From: Eledone cirrhosa | Lineage: Eukaryota | Direction: 5' to 3' | Length of the DNA: 64,000 bases | Assembly (NCBI GenBank): GCA_964016885.1 | Contig: OZ024743.1 | Coordinates: forward strand, 198,772,001 to 198,836,000 | Part shown: one piece after another, positions 15,074 through 29,692 of the stretch | How positions within the stretch are numbered: the stretch's first letter is position 1 | How the letters are laid out: every line of letters begins with the position of its first letter | Notes under the pieces: generated by a model | Database searches by the model: none | What the model was told of the DNA's origin: nothing | What the model saw: the letters and a program-made list of their open reading frames with translations, nothing else | Made by a program: the position numbers and the translations under genes

Positions 15074-15118
15074 GCCTTCTGATGAAGACCCAACTAGTTT
15101 CGAAAATCGATTGAAGGT
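15074..15118 (+). ncRNA. Degenerate minimal type I hammerhead ribozyme
   Basis: GCCTT-CTGATGA-agacccaactagtttc-GAAA-ATCGAT-TG-AAGGT; the cleavage position is G, so probably inactive. Confidence 0.55.
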
Positions 15119-15344
15119 ATTTATTATTTTCCAAAGTTACAGGGACATTCGTACTTTACGGCATATTTACATGTCTGCATTAAAAATGTATATATTTATA
15201 TGCATATAAGCAAGTTGTCAGTTACCCACTCTGTATATACGTAGATATAATTTCATCGTACACTTCGGTTCCTTAGTGCACTCATATATATGTGTGTGTC
15301 TGTGTGTGTCTCTGTATATCAAGTTTAATATAGAACTGTTTAAT

Positions 15345-15485
15345 TGCCTTTCCGGATGATCTTTTTCGAATGAAACAATTCTAAACTTGTAGAAGTCATT
15401 TCTATATTAATGATGTTTACACTCTACTAATATATTGAGTACCTTTCTTAATGTGGTTACCCCTGATTGAACCCGGAACTCACAC
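15345..15485 (+). mobile_element. HHR-remnant element with ACTCTACT..ATTGAGTAC..GGTTACC..AACCCGG tail; relatives at ~24320-24400, ~40725-40840 and ~46975-47040 (-)
   Basis: TTTC-CGGATGA..GAAA-CA..TG-TA-GAAG plus shared tail ending in (CA)n. Confidence 0.6.
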
Positions 15486-15490
15486 AAGCG

Positions 15491-15941
<451 letters not shown>

Positions 15942-15946
<5 letters not shown>

Positions 15947-18102
15947 AAGTGAGTCCTTCATCAGTGACCCTCCAACCGTCCTCGGCATTTCATCGCTTTA
16001 AGGGCCATATGCCTCAGGTTGGTGCGAACAACGGCTAAAAAAGTCGTTGGGACACGTAAACAAAGGGGGACGCTAGAGTAACAACAAAAAAGTTTAAGCA
16101 ACGGAAAGTGAGTAGAAATAGACAAGTCACAGATCTCTATGAATATAAACTCTGTGAAATCGTGAACAAGAGACGAAAGACCATCAAACCTGGTTGAAAT
16201 GTGAGCAAGGAAAGAATTTCGCCCAAGTTTGACGGGGGGGAAAAAAGAGAGAGAGAAAGGAGAGAAGAGGAAGAAGAAGAAGAAGAAGAAGAAGAAGAAG
16301 AAGAAGAAGAAGAAGAAGAAGAAGAAGAAGAAGAAGAAGAAGAAGAAGAAGAAGAAGAAGAAGAAGAAGAAGATAAAGGGGTCTGGTCTACGAATTCGGT
16401 AAAGGCAAGTTTTGTGAAGTCGCAGACGAAAGAGAGAGAGAAAAAAATTCATACCAGCTCGGTCAAGACCGCGCGAGAAAAGAATTACACACAGGTCAAA
16501 CTTGAAGGAGGAGGAGGAAAGAGGAGGAGGAGAGGTAGTGACAGAGAATGAGTGAGTGAAAGTGGAGGAGGAGGCTAACAGAAGGGAGACTGCTAGAAGT
16601 GGTAAAGATACAAGGAACGAAACAGACGAAGGCAGCATGGAAAAAATATATGTGTAAATATGATAATAATGGAGCTGCGGCGTTGCAAATGGGATACATA
16701 TGAAAAAGTGAGTCCTTCATCAGTGACCCTCCAACCGTCCTCGGCATTTCATCGCTTTAAGGGCCATATGCCTCAGGTTGGTGCGAACAACGGCTAAAAA
16801 AAGTCGTCTGTTTCGTTCCTTGTATCTTTACCACTTCTAGCAGTCTCCCTTCTGTTAGCCTCCTCCTCCACTTTCACTCACTCATTCTCTGTCACTACCT
16901 CTCCTCCTCCTCTTTCCTCCTCCTCCTTCAAGTTTGACCTGTGTGTAATTCTTTTCTCGCGCGGTCTTGACCAAGCTGGTATGAATTTTTTTTTCTCTCT
17001 CTTTCGTCTGCGACTTCACAAAACTTGCGTTTACCGAATTCGTAGACCAGACCCCTTTATCTTCTTCTTCTTCTTCTTCCTCTTCTCTCCTTTCTCTCTC
17101 TCTTTTTTCCCCCCCGTCAAACTTGGGCGAAATTCTTTCCTTGCTCACATTTCAACCAGGTTTGATGGTCTTTCGTCTCTTGTTCACGATTTCACAGAGT
17201 TTATATTCATAGAGATCTGGGACTTGTCTATTTCTACTCACTTTCCGTTGCTTAAACTTTTTTGTTGTTACTCTAGCGTCCCCCTTTGTTTACGTGTCCC
17301 AACGACTTTTTTTAGCCGTTGTTCGCACCAACCTGAGGCATATGGCCCTTAAAGCGATGAAATGCCGAGGACGGTTGGAGGGTCACTGATGAAGGACTCA
17401 CTTTTTCATATGTATCCCATTTGCAACGCCGCAGCTCCATTATTATCATATTTACACATATATTTTTTCCATGCTGCCTTCGTCTGTTTCGTTCCTTGTA
17501 TCTTTACCACTTCTAGCAGTCTCCCTTCTGTTAGCCTCCTCCTCCACTTTCACTCACTCATTCTCTGTCACTACCTCTCCTCCTCCTCTTTCCTCCTCCT
17601 CCTTCAAGTTTGACCTGTGTGTAATTCTTTTCTCGCGCGGTCTTGACCGAGCTGGTATGAATTTTTTTCTCTCTCTCTTTCGTCTGCGACTTCACAAAAC
17701 TTGCCTTTACCGAATTCGTAGACCAGACCCCTTTATCTTCTTCTTCTTCTTCTTCTTCTTCTTCTTCTTCTTCTTCTTCCTCTTCTCTCCTTTCTCTCTC
17801 TCTTTTTTCCCCCCCGTCAAACTTGGGCGAAATTCTTTCCTTGCTCACATTTCAACCAGGTTTGATGGTCTTTCGTCTCTTGTTCACGATTTCACAGAGT
17901 TTATATTCATAGAGATCTGTGACTTGTCTATTTCTACTCACTTTCCGTTGCTTAAACTTTTTTGTTGTTACTCTAGCGTCCCCCTTTGTTTACGTGTCCC
18001 AACGACTTTTTTAGCCGTTGTTCGCACCAACCTGAGGCATATGGCCCTTAAAGCGATGAAATGCCGAGGACGGTTGGAGGGTCACTGATGAAGGACTCAC
18101 TT

Positions 18103-18107
<5 letters not shown>
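15942..18107. mobile_element. Tandem-unit non-coding element, subfamily A; head-to-head array in (TA)n
   Basis: Unit period 759 bp (15942/16701) then, after an inversion at ~16804-16807, 699 bp (17328/18027); units differ mainly in (GAA)n length; both outer ends read CTTTTTCA-(TA)n. Confidence 0.9.
18027..18107 (+). ncRNA. Putative permuted/bipartite hammerhead-like motif (same motif at 17328-17408 +, 15942-16022 -, 16701-16781 -)
   Basis: CCAACC tga GGCA TA TGGCCCTT aaagcgat GAAA TGCC gaggac GGTTGG AGGGTCA CTGATGA aggactcactttttca. Confidence 0.55.
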
Positions 18108-18178
<71 letters not shown>

Positions 18179-18699
18179 GGGTGTGTGTGTGTGCGTGCAT
18201 TTATATATATACACATATATATGTGTGTGCGTGTGTGTGTGTTGATATCTTTAAAACAATTTGTTTAAACTTCTGCCATCATTTTTACCACTTCTTCTGT
18301 GATTCATCTACAAGAAATATTTAAATACACTGAAATGAACATCAGCCTGCAAGAGATTTTTGTCAGATAATCTTCAACTTCTGATGGTCAAATTTTGTTG
18401 CTTTTTCGCTATCTCATTCTTTACGAAATTCTGAAAATTTAGTAGGCTTTTAGGAATATATATCAGCTATTTAAGCATAAAACAATAAAGATAAAAGAGG
18501 GAAAAGAAAAAAAAAACTAGAAGATAAAAAGAGACAAAAAAAAAGGAGGAAAACAAGAAGGAAGAAAAGAAAAGTGAGAAGGAATGAAACATAGACAGAA
18601 AAATGAAACCCTAGATAACAAAACAGACAAGAACAGAAAGCAAAACACAAATGATAAATTTCTCTTGTTTATTTGGTATCCATATATGTATATATATAT

Positions 18700-18794
<95 letters not shown>

Positions 18795-18889
18795 TATATA
18801 TATCAATTGTATATATCTGAAAATATATAGATGGTTGATCTTCTTTCTCTCTCTCTTTCTGCGTGCATATATATATATATATATATATA

Positions 18890-18943
18890 TACTTGAGTGG
18901 GGGAGAATCGTCAGACACGCCTTGCAGAGTTCCATATACATAT

Positions 18944-19011
<68 letters not shown>

Positions 19012-19092
19012 ATATGTATATGGAGCTCTGCAAGGCGTGTCTGACGATTCTCCCCCACTCAAGTATAAATGAGCGAAGAAGACACACACACA
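18890..19092. repeat. Inverted repeat around a (TA)n core with a degenerate HHR start
   Basis: Arms ~18890-18950 and ~19005-19066 are near-perfect reverse complements; GTGT-CTGACGA...GAAG..GAC-ACAC. Confidence 0.75.
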
Positions 19093-19293
19093 CGGTGCAC
19101 GAGGGGTGACAGTAAAGGGAGAGTTAGAGAATGGTGAACTAAACTTTTATGTGTATATATATATATATACTGTATACGTGTGGTGTGTGTGTGTGTGTGT
19201 GTGTGGGTGTGTGTGTATGTACATCCACACACATATAATATATATAATATATATATATGTGTATATATTCAAGTGTGTGTTTTTTTTATGTAT

Positions 19294-19330
<37 letters not shown>

Positions 19331-19463
19331 ATAGATAGATAAATGTATATAGATATATGCCCACATATGCGCATACATCATATTTACACACATATACATA
19401 GATACTTAATCTGGTGATACGTTTATTATATTGTATTTAGCAGTTATATATGTATAAATATAA

Positions 19464-19522
<59 letters not shown>

Positions 19523-19834
19523 TTATATGTATATCTTTCCTGTTCAGCCTACAATACACACCCACATTGAAGGGGAAAGAAATTTATGAATTTTTCACCC
19601 TAACTCCTGACTTCTTTTCTCTGACTTTGACCAAAAAAACGTACACATAAACATGTTTTATAATTGATAATTTAAGTTATGGTAGTATAATTTCGTATTT
19701 AAAATATTGTCTTTTGACTATCTTATCTGTAGGAGTTATTATGCCTTTGGGTCGTATAATAATTATCAAAGGTATATTCCCTCTTATCTCATTGAAGGTT
19801 ACAACAAAAATCAAAGCAAATGTGTAGAAAACTA

Positions 19835-19885
<51 letters not shown>

Positions 19886-19990
19886 TTTATATATATATAT
19901 ATATATATATATTCTACATATATATATATATACATATATTTATATATATACATGTATATATATGTTATATGAACATATATATATGTTATG

Positions 19991-20102
<112 letters not shown>

Positions 20103-20421
20103 CGCGTGTGTGCGTGTGTGTGTATTTATGTATATATTTATGTATAAGGAACACAATTTATCGCTGAAGCCTATAGAAAAATACAAAGAAGGTTATATTA
20201 TAACTAGTATATAAATATATCTACGTGTGTATGACATGAATTATTGTATATGTGGTTATATATATATAATCGAGGATGTGTTTTCTTTTATATATGAATG
20301 CATATATTTAAATTGTGTAAACGTATGTGTGTGTTTGTGTGAATGTTTGTGTCCATAAATTTCCTGAGGTATCTCCTTGGCACACCTAAAATTTCATATA
20401 ATAATGATTATGATATATATA

Positions 20422-20534
<113 letters not shown>

Positions 20535-23500
20535 ATGTGTGTATATATATATATATATATAATTATATATGTATATATATATGCTTATGTATATTTATAC
20601 GTACGCATGTATGTATAAAACATATACGTATGTGTCAACGGACGATATATTTATGGGTATATAGCTATATTTTCACATCTACAATCAGGGAGAAAAATTA
20701 TTAATGGTGATGCAGTTTGCAAGAACAACTCAGTTTCTGTCGTTTTTTTTTTCCTTTTTTGAAACTCATATTTACTTTTGTTTATAGATTTGTTTGTTTA
20801 TTCCCCTTGTTTTCTAGGCTTGGAAAAAGCAGGGAATTTTTATCTAAAAGCCTTTGCTCTCTTCTCCTCTTTTTATACCCTTTCTGTATTTTTTGTTTAT
20901 TTTAATAACATACAGTAAAGTATAAAGTAAACTGCTTCAGTGATGAAAATATGTATTGATGTGTTTTAAACACACATATATACCTACATACATACATAAT
21001 ACTTATATACGTATGTACATACATATATATATGTATGTATGTATAGTTTTGTGTGTGGGGTGAGGTGTGAATGTGAATCTGTTCTTATATATTTTTTTGT
21101 TGTGTTCTCTAAATAGATACTATTGGTTTCCTTTCCTCCAAAACAGCCCAAATGTAAAAAGCCAAGAAAAACCATTTACTCTTCTTTTTTCTTTTATCTT
21201 CAGAATCTTCATGAAGTTAGTTCTACAGAATGAATTGGGATTATCTGCAGAAGCTTCCCATGGGGCTCTATTGCATAAGTACTTTTTCATTGTCCATAGA
21301 TTTTTCTGTCCAAAGAAACATTATCAGACTCAGATACATTCACATAAATATTATATATGGTACGTGGAAGCTCCATGTCAAGAGATATTTTTGTCTGATA
21401 AATCACTTGCAAGTAGCTCTACCAAATTTGTTTGCATTTAATCTTTCACGATCGGCCGTATCAGCAGAATGGCTAACCTCCCTTTGCCATAGATTCATGA
21501 CAACCGTCCCCTCCATTGGAAGTTGCCAATCGTCATCATAAACCGTTAACCACTATCCCTACAGAGCTAGAAACAACAACAGACGACCTTCGCCACCATC
21601 ATCTCCATCAACAGTCGTTAACTTAATGAGTGAAATCATCGGTTGTTGTAGCGAAGTCTCCTTTCATAATTTTAGAATCAAAGAACAGTTATTTCCCCTT
21701 ATCAGGTAAATCTTACACTATTTATTTATTTGTTTATTTATTTATTGCATTTATACGTTTTTCGGGTGCAGGGTTGGGGATGATGTTTTACTGCAGACAG
21801 AGAACACATTGCACGCAACATCAATGCAAAGTGCATCTCTGATCTTACGATTTAACACAAACCGAAATATAAAGCTTTTTTTTCTTCTTCCCCACCAGAT
21901 AGCAAATTAAACTCTATGGTCACACATCTTCTTCTCTTTTTCTTGTTTTTTATTCATTTTATTTTATATATTTTCCTCTGTTTTTTTTTTATTCTTTTAC
22001 TCATCGTGAAAGTTATTATTTTTTGTCTGTTTTCATAGACATTTTTTTTTCTTTTATGGCAACATAGGAAAGAAACAATTTTTTCCTAATTAGGACTAAC
22101 GAGTTTCTATAATTGTTTCTTTCAGTGGCTAGTAATATTTATCTATCTATTTATATATTCATCCATTCGGTCATTTATATATTATTCATTTCTATTTGTT
22201 TTTGTGATTTTATTATTTCAAATCGTTTCCAAATGGAGCATAAATGTGTATCTGTAAATATTTTTAGAATCTGTTTTCAAATGAAAGCCCCAGCAAACAC
22301 TCTGTTCTGTCCATTTCTAACATTTATCTTAAAGTCATCAATAATTTCAATATATTTAACAAAAAAAACAACGCCTTAACGAAAATTATGATTTATTAGT
22401 ATATTTCATAACATACTCATTTATTGGGAATAAGGGAGGTTCAAAAAGAGATATGATAATACAAGAAAACATCCATTAACTTTATGTATGATAATTTCTA
22501 ATTTAGACTCAAGATCTAACTGTTGATGATGGATGTGATGATAGTGGCGATGAGGGTGATTTTATTTTATGGAACAATAAAGGACTTGAGCCTAGAAATA
22601 GAGGAAACGTTATAAAAATAGGGTTAATGATATATGTAGTCTGGACAATTTTTTATAAAATGCAGATTAATTTGATAAAGTATGGAATAAGTACAATAAT
22701 GAACATAATATATGATATAAAACATAAAACTTTTTAAGATTACCCACCCATAGAAATGTGGTAACTCCTTAGTTAAGTCGATTTCGGACACTGTAAAATC
22801 ATGTTCGCCTAGAAAGCCTTATAGAATTCACGGTAATCATGACAGAAATCTCCCATTAACATTTCTTCGGTGGCTCTCATCAACAACACCATTTGCATCT
22901 TCTGGCTAGATGTATTTTATCTCTTTGTATACATCCTTTGTAAGAGTCTACCATCCAGTTTCATTCTGTAGCAATCTTACATTGCTGATTCAATTCATAT
23001 ATTGCGTGGTTTTTCCTCCTACAATTCATTCATTTTGTTTAGCAACTAAAATTGTTGGTTCTGTTGAGTGTGCATTTCAAGAAAAAATGCGATTTTGCGT
23101 ATTTTTTGGCAAATTTCTTACAGAGATTTTATTGTTTTGTTTCTGTTGTTTTTTCATTTCTTTTGTACACCTGATTCATCAGTTTGCTGGCCATTTTAAA
23201 CTTCCATTCCATCATCATCATACTCTGAGTAGTAGGAAGTTCAGCATTTTTCACACTTGAGACCGAGAGTGGTGTAGTTTTCTCCACTATATCACGATTA
23301 GAAGGGTGTACCACAGCAACGTCCGCTTCAGGAAACGTGGAAAGAAGTAAATTTTCCAATTCTCCTTGTAAAAAGAAAATGGTGTTATGGCCGATGATGC
23401 TACATGAAGAGTAGCTCTCGGAATCATTTTATTACTTGGTTTTATTTTCAGCCCTTCAGCGGCACATGCATATAATATAATCGTGTCATACAAAAGCTTA

Positions 23501-24052
23501 CACGCCATGTAGTGTGTATAAAACCGTTCAGCAGATGTATCAGATTATTGTTGGTAGCTTGGAGAATTGAGAATTTCAAAATGATTTGGGGGTGGGTGTC
23601 TCTTTGAGGGGGACTTCCAGGCCCTTGTTTTTAGTCTGGGATAATTCATTTCTGTTTCACCCCATTTTCACTCTCTTTTTCACTCTCCTAAACGTTTCCA
23701 TACTTCCCATAGTTCCTCGTTTTCACTGAAAACATATAATGAAATATTGTTTAGAAAATGTGGCCGGTCTTGTATTAGGCCCATGGTGTTGGTGTAAATA
23801 GTTACCAGGCAATTTTATTAGCATCCTCCTAGCAGGGATTACCATCCGGTAATATTCAAGAAACTATGGTAGCAACAACACGAAAACGGGTCAGGAGCCT
23901 GTTCTGAGTTCAAAACACTCGAAGGTGAATTCACCTTTAATAATCTTGTGGTTAATAAATTTATCACGACAGAATGTTGAATTTTCTGAAAGGCTACTAC
24001 ATCAGACAGGATGCCTAGTTGTTCTGGTTCTTTGCGTTCTGTTCCTATTACC

Positions 24053-24231
<179 letters not shown>

Positions 24232-24407
24232 GGAGATTCCTGAGACAGGTCGTGGGGCAAATCAGTTAAAAAAGGTACTCAAAGGTTGTAGGGTTCTTTA
24301 TTATATAAAGGACTAGAACTATTTTATTCCTATGAAATCATCTGGACATGAATGATGATTTCATACGAATGAAACATTTCTCGTCCTCTAGATGTCATTA
24401 CATTATG

Positions 24408-24481
<74 letters not shown>

Positions 24482-24487
24482 GCATAC

Positions 24488-24571
<84 letters not shown>

Positions 24572-24659
24572 AGGTTTACATATATATATATATAAAGTCA
24601 TAGATATATATGTGTTTTGAAACGGCTTTCTATACATAACTATCAATAATATTATTATA

Positions 24660-24732
<73 letters not shown>

Positions 24733-24743
24733 GTGTATGCATA

Positions 24744-24799
<56 letters not shown>

Positions 24800-24988
24800 T
24801 GTATGCATATATATATACATATATGTATGCATATATATATACATATATGTATGCATATATATATATGCATACATATATATATATGTATTGAAATTTCAGT
24901 TGGAAACAGAAAAGGTCATAGAAATGAAGAGTGCTCTATGTAAATATCAGAGCAAAATTTAATGTATAAAATCAATACAATATAATTA

Positions 24989-25058
24989 CCTCATTACCAG
25001 AGGTTTCCCGAATGGGGCGAATACGAAATAAACGACTTCATTCGTTCGTCAGACGAGC
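24989..25058 (-). ncRNA. Type I hammerhead ribozyme (mirror copy)
   Basis: Reverse complement of 25071-25140 with one terminal stem I difference. Confidence 0.8.
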
Positions 25059-25070
25059 CAATATATATTG

Positions 25071-25140
25071 CCTCGTCTGACGAACGAATGAAGTCGTTTA
25101 TTTCGTATTCGCCCCATTCGGGAAACCTCTGGTAATGAGG
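25071..25140 (+). ncRNA. Type I hammerhead ribozyme
   Basis: Stem I CCTCGT/ATGAGG; CTGACGA 25077-83; stem II CGAATG/CATTCG; GAAA 25122-25; stem III CC-tct-GG; GUA site, cut predicted after 25134. Confidence 0.85.
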
Positions 25141-25305
25141 TAATTATATTGTATTGATTTTATACATTAAATTTTGCTCTGATATTTACATAGAGCACTC
25201 TTCATTTCTATGACCTTTTCTGTTTCCAACTGAAATTTCAATACATATATATATATGTATGCATATATATATATGCATACATATATGTATATATATATGC
25301 ATACA

Positions 25306-25375
<70 letters not shown>

Positions 25376-25473
25376 TATGCATATATATAATAATATTATT
25401 GATAGTTATGTATAGAAAGCCGTTTCAAAACACATATATATCTATGACTTTATATATATATATATGTAAACCT

Positions 25474-25527
<54 letters not shown>

Positions 25528-25569
25528 GTATGCATATATATATATATATACATATACATATATGTATGC

Positions 25570-26581
<1,012 letters not shown>

Positions 26582-26582
26582 A

Positions 26583-26665
<83 letters not shown>

Positions 26666-26829
26666 GTATACATATACATATATGTAAGCATATATATATA
26701 TATATATATTGTTAAACGGAATAGAAAATGCTGACAAATTGTTCACAGTTGAAAAATGGTTTAATTAGGAATAAAAAAGTATTTGTGATTGTATGGGTTA
26801 GTATTCAGTTGTGGTTTTAAGTTTTTAAG

Positions 26830-26868
26830 TTTTTACCGGTTGCGCATTTCTAAATGCTTTTCAAAAAT
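26830..26868 (-). ncRNA. Degenerate U3:A8 minimal hammerhead
   Basis: TTT-TTGAAAA-GCATTTagAAATGC-GCAA-CCGG-TA-AAAA; GAAA mutated to GCAA. Confidence 0.5.
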
Positions 26869-27045
26869 AATTTTGAGATAGAGTGTCCGTGCTGTTTGCT
26901 CTGATCTGTGCATATATATGTGTATATATATGTGTATATATATGTGCATATATATGTGTATATATATGTGCATATATATGTGTATATATATGCATACATA
27001 TATGTATACACATATGCATACACATATGTATATATATATATATGC

Positions 27046-27094
<49 letters not shown>

Positions 27095-27875
27095 ATAATA
27101 TTATTGATAGTTATGTATACACTATATACAACTATAAACATGAAAGGTCAGTAATTTATTACTACCTTATTATCAATAAGAAAAATAGCTCAATGTAAAT
27201 ACATGAGATGTTTTACAGAGCCGGAATATAAGTTACACAATAATCAAAACCGTTAGAGGGAACACTCAACAACAACTCGAACCCCGGATATCAATATATT
27301 AGGACCGGTATACAATCCATGGCTTAACTGATTAAAAACATTCACTAAAATAAAACATAGCCAATGTAATGGAAAAGATGGCAATAACATTGATACTCTC
27401 AGCACATACACATTTGAGCATTACAGAAACAATTATCTCACTACATCCACCATAAACTAATAATTTTAATACATTAACAGCTTTGCCTACTTGTAAACAT
27501 ATGTTGTTTTATGTGATACCTTTGCCTCGCAGAAATTATATATGCCTAGTACCATTACTTGTTTCCTTTCTGTATATGTCTATTGCATTTGCACTCTCTA
27601 TACGCTTGCATATGTACTGCTAGTGTCCTCGTTTCACGAGTAACTTTCTACCTTAATGTCTCTAATTGTTATACTAATCTCTGTCGCATGCATTCCACTC
27701 TGTGCCTTTTAACTTTTAATTTTTAATTTTAATTATTGTACACTTTTCTTGAAATCATTGTCGCATCCATTCCACTCTGTAAATACGAAACTGTTGTTGA
27801 CAACATTAATATCCATGTATCTATATGATTGTTCAGTTAAATAGGTGGTTAATTATATGTACACACATTGCTAAT

Positions 27876-27920
27876 ACTCCGAAGATATCAAACGATAATT
27901 TGGAAGAAACGACTGTCAGC
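27876..27920 (+). ncRNA. Degenerate hammerhead remnant
   Basis: ACT-CCGAAGA..GAAA-C-gact-G-TC-AGC, followed by a short tail into (TA)n. Confidence 0.35.
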
Positions 27921-27985
27921 AATACAATTATGTGAACGTAGCTTTGATGTTTGTGTAACTTACATATATATATATATATATACAT

Positions 27986-28187
<202 letters not shown>

Positions 28188-28225
28188 GTATATATATATA
28201 TATACATACATATATTTAGTATATA

Positions 28226-28271
<46 letters not shown>

Positions 28272-28288
28272 CATATATTTAGTATATA

Positions 28289-28339
<51 letters not shown>

Positions 28340-28370
28340 ACGCACACACATGCATACATACAAACATACA

Positions 28371-28424
<54 letters not shown>

Positions 28425-28859
28425 TATAATTATCGTTTGCCTCCGAGCTCTATGGAAGTCTATATAGAATGGAAATTCAGAGTGCATGTGAGATCTTATT
28501 CTGAGTTACTCACTTTGTAGGTGAATCAAGCTTTACGTCTCATGCATACGGTTAATTTTGGCGGATACTTTTTTACAATCGGTTGCCCTTTCTAACACCA
28601 ACTACTTTATATACTATAGTGGATGCATTTTACTGCGTCACCAGCAGTACAATGTTAGTCATGCTCTTGGTAATATTAAAGAGGAGCCATATATAACCTA
28701 CATTGTTACAGGTGGTTCGCCAACCACATTGCAGGGAATACGTTGTGCATTTCTTAATGCAACCTATACTACATCGATTGCCACATCTCCTGAAAACGAA
28801 AGAAACCTCTTTACTGTACCTTGTGTCTGCTATTTTAAGATAGACCTAACAGAGTGAGC

Positions 28860-29460
28860 GCTGGCTAAATGTGTGAAATAAGGGAGATTAGGTGTTTGAA
28901 TGTTATGTTGGAAATATATTGATATGTTTGTGGGGAAGTAACTGAATAGACAATGATGCCTATATGATGGATGTTAGTAAAGAGATTTTTGGAAGGATAA
29001 AATATGAGCGGCTTGTTGGGATATCAATAAAATAGGTTAAAATGATACAATGCAACTGAGACATAGTAACAGAGATAAAGATGTATGAAGGAGAGTATTT
29101 ATTACAATGAAGTACCCTATAAGTGTGGAATAAGAAAGTGAATGGGAAATAAAGATAGAGAAGGTCAATGGTGAGACTAGTAGGTGTCAATTAAATGTAT
29201 GCATCTTTGTAGAAGAAAAGGAGAGAAAGATAGGAGGAGTGAGAAGTAATATCTAGTGGTAGTGGATGCTTGGATCTGGACAAAATATCAAATGCCATTA
29301 ATATTGGCAGAGAAGCCCAAAGTAAATATGTCATATATCCAAACCTCCATCACAAAAATGGTATCTCAAGGACTGTTTCGCCATATTTGCACCAGTAGTC
29401 GGGTTTTAGCATTGTGGCCAATCGTTGTATTCTTTTATCATTTTCTTGGAGTTTAGCTTC
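28860..29460 (-). pseudogene. Possible highly decayed Penelope-like RT/thumb remnant
   Basis: Broken frames give WIYDIFTLG, PSIH, TSL..LYLYF, HCNKYSPSY..SQLHCI in the order expected for PLE RT thumb motifs; weak resemblance only. Confidence 0.25.
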
Positions 29461-29564
29461 TTGAGACGAATCTTCAGCGATTCGTCCCATTTCCTCATAT
29501 AACTTCCCCTTTGATAATTTACATCCCTTTTACTCACTCAGCAATTATATATATGTGAATATAT

Positions 29565-29692
<128 letters not shown>

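Noticed and set aside
15961-18088. 200+ aa ORFs inside the tandem element
   Set aside because: No recognisable domain, inflated by (GAA)n, and frames are not conserved in subfamilies B and C.
18050-18095. C/D-box snoRNA or SECIS reading of GCGATGA...CTGA
   Set aside because: Spacing is too short, box C is imperfect and there is no apical AA loop; the covariation fits HHR stems better.
21067-23520. Possible coding exons in unique sequence
   Set aside because: Short frames with stops and no recognisable homology; cannot be supported without a search.
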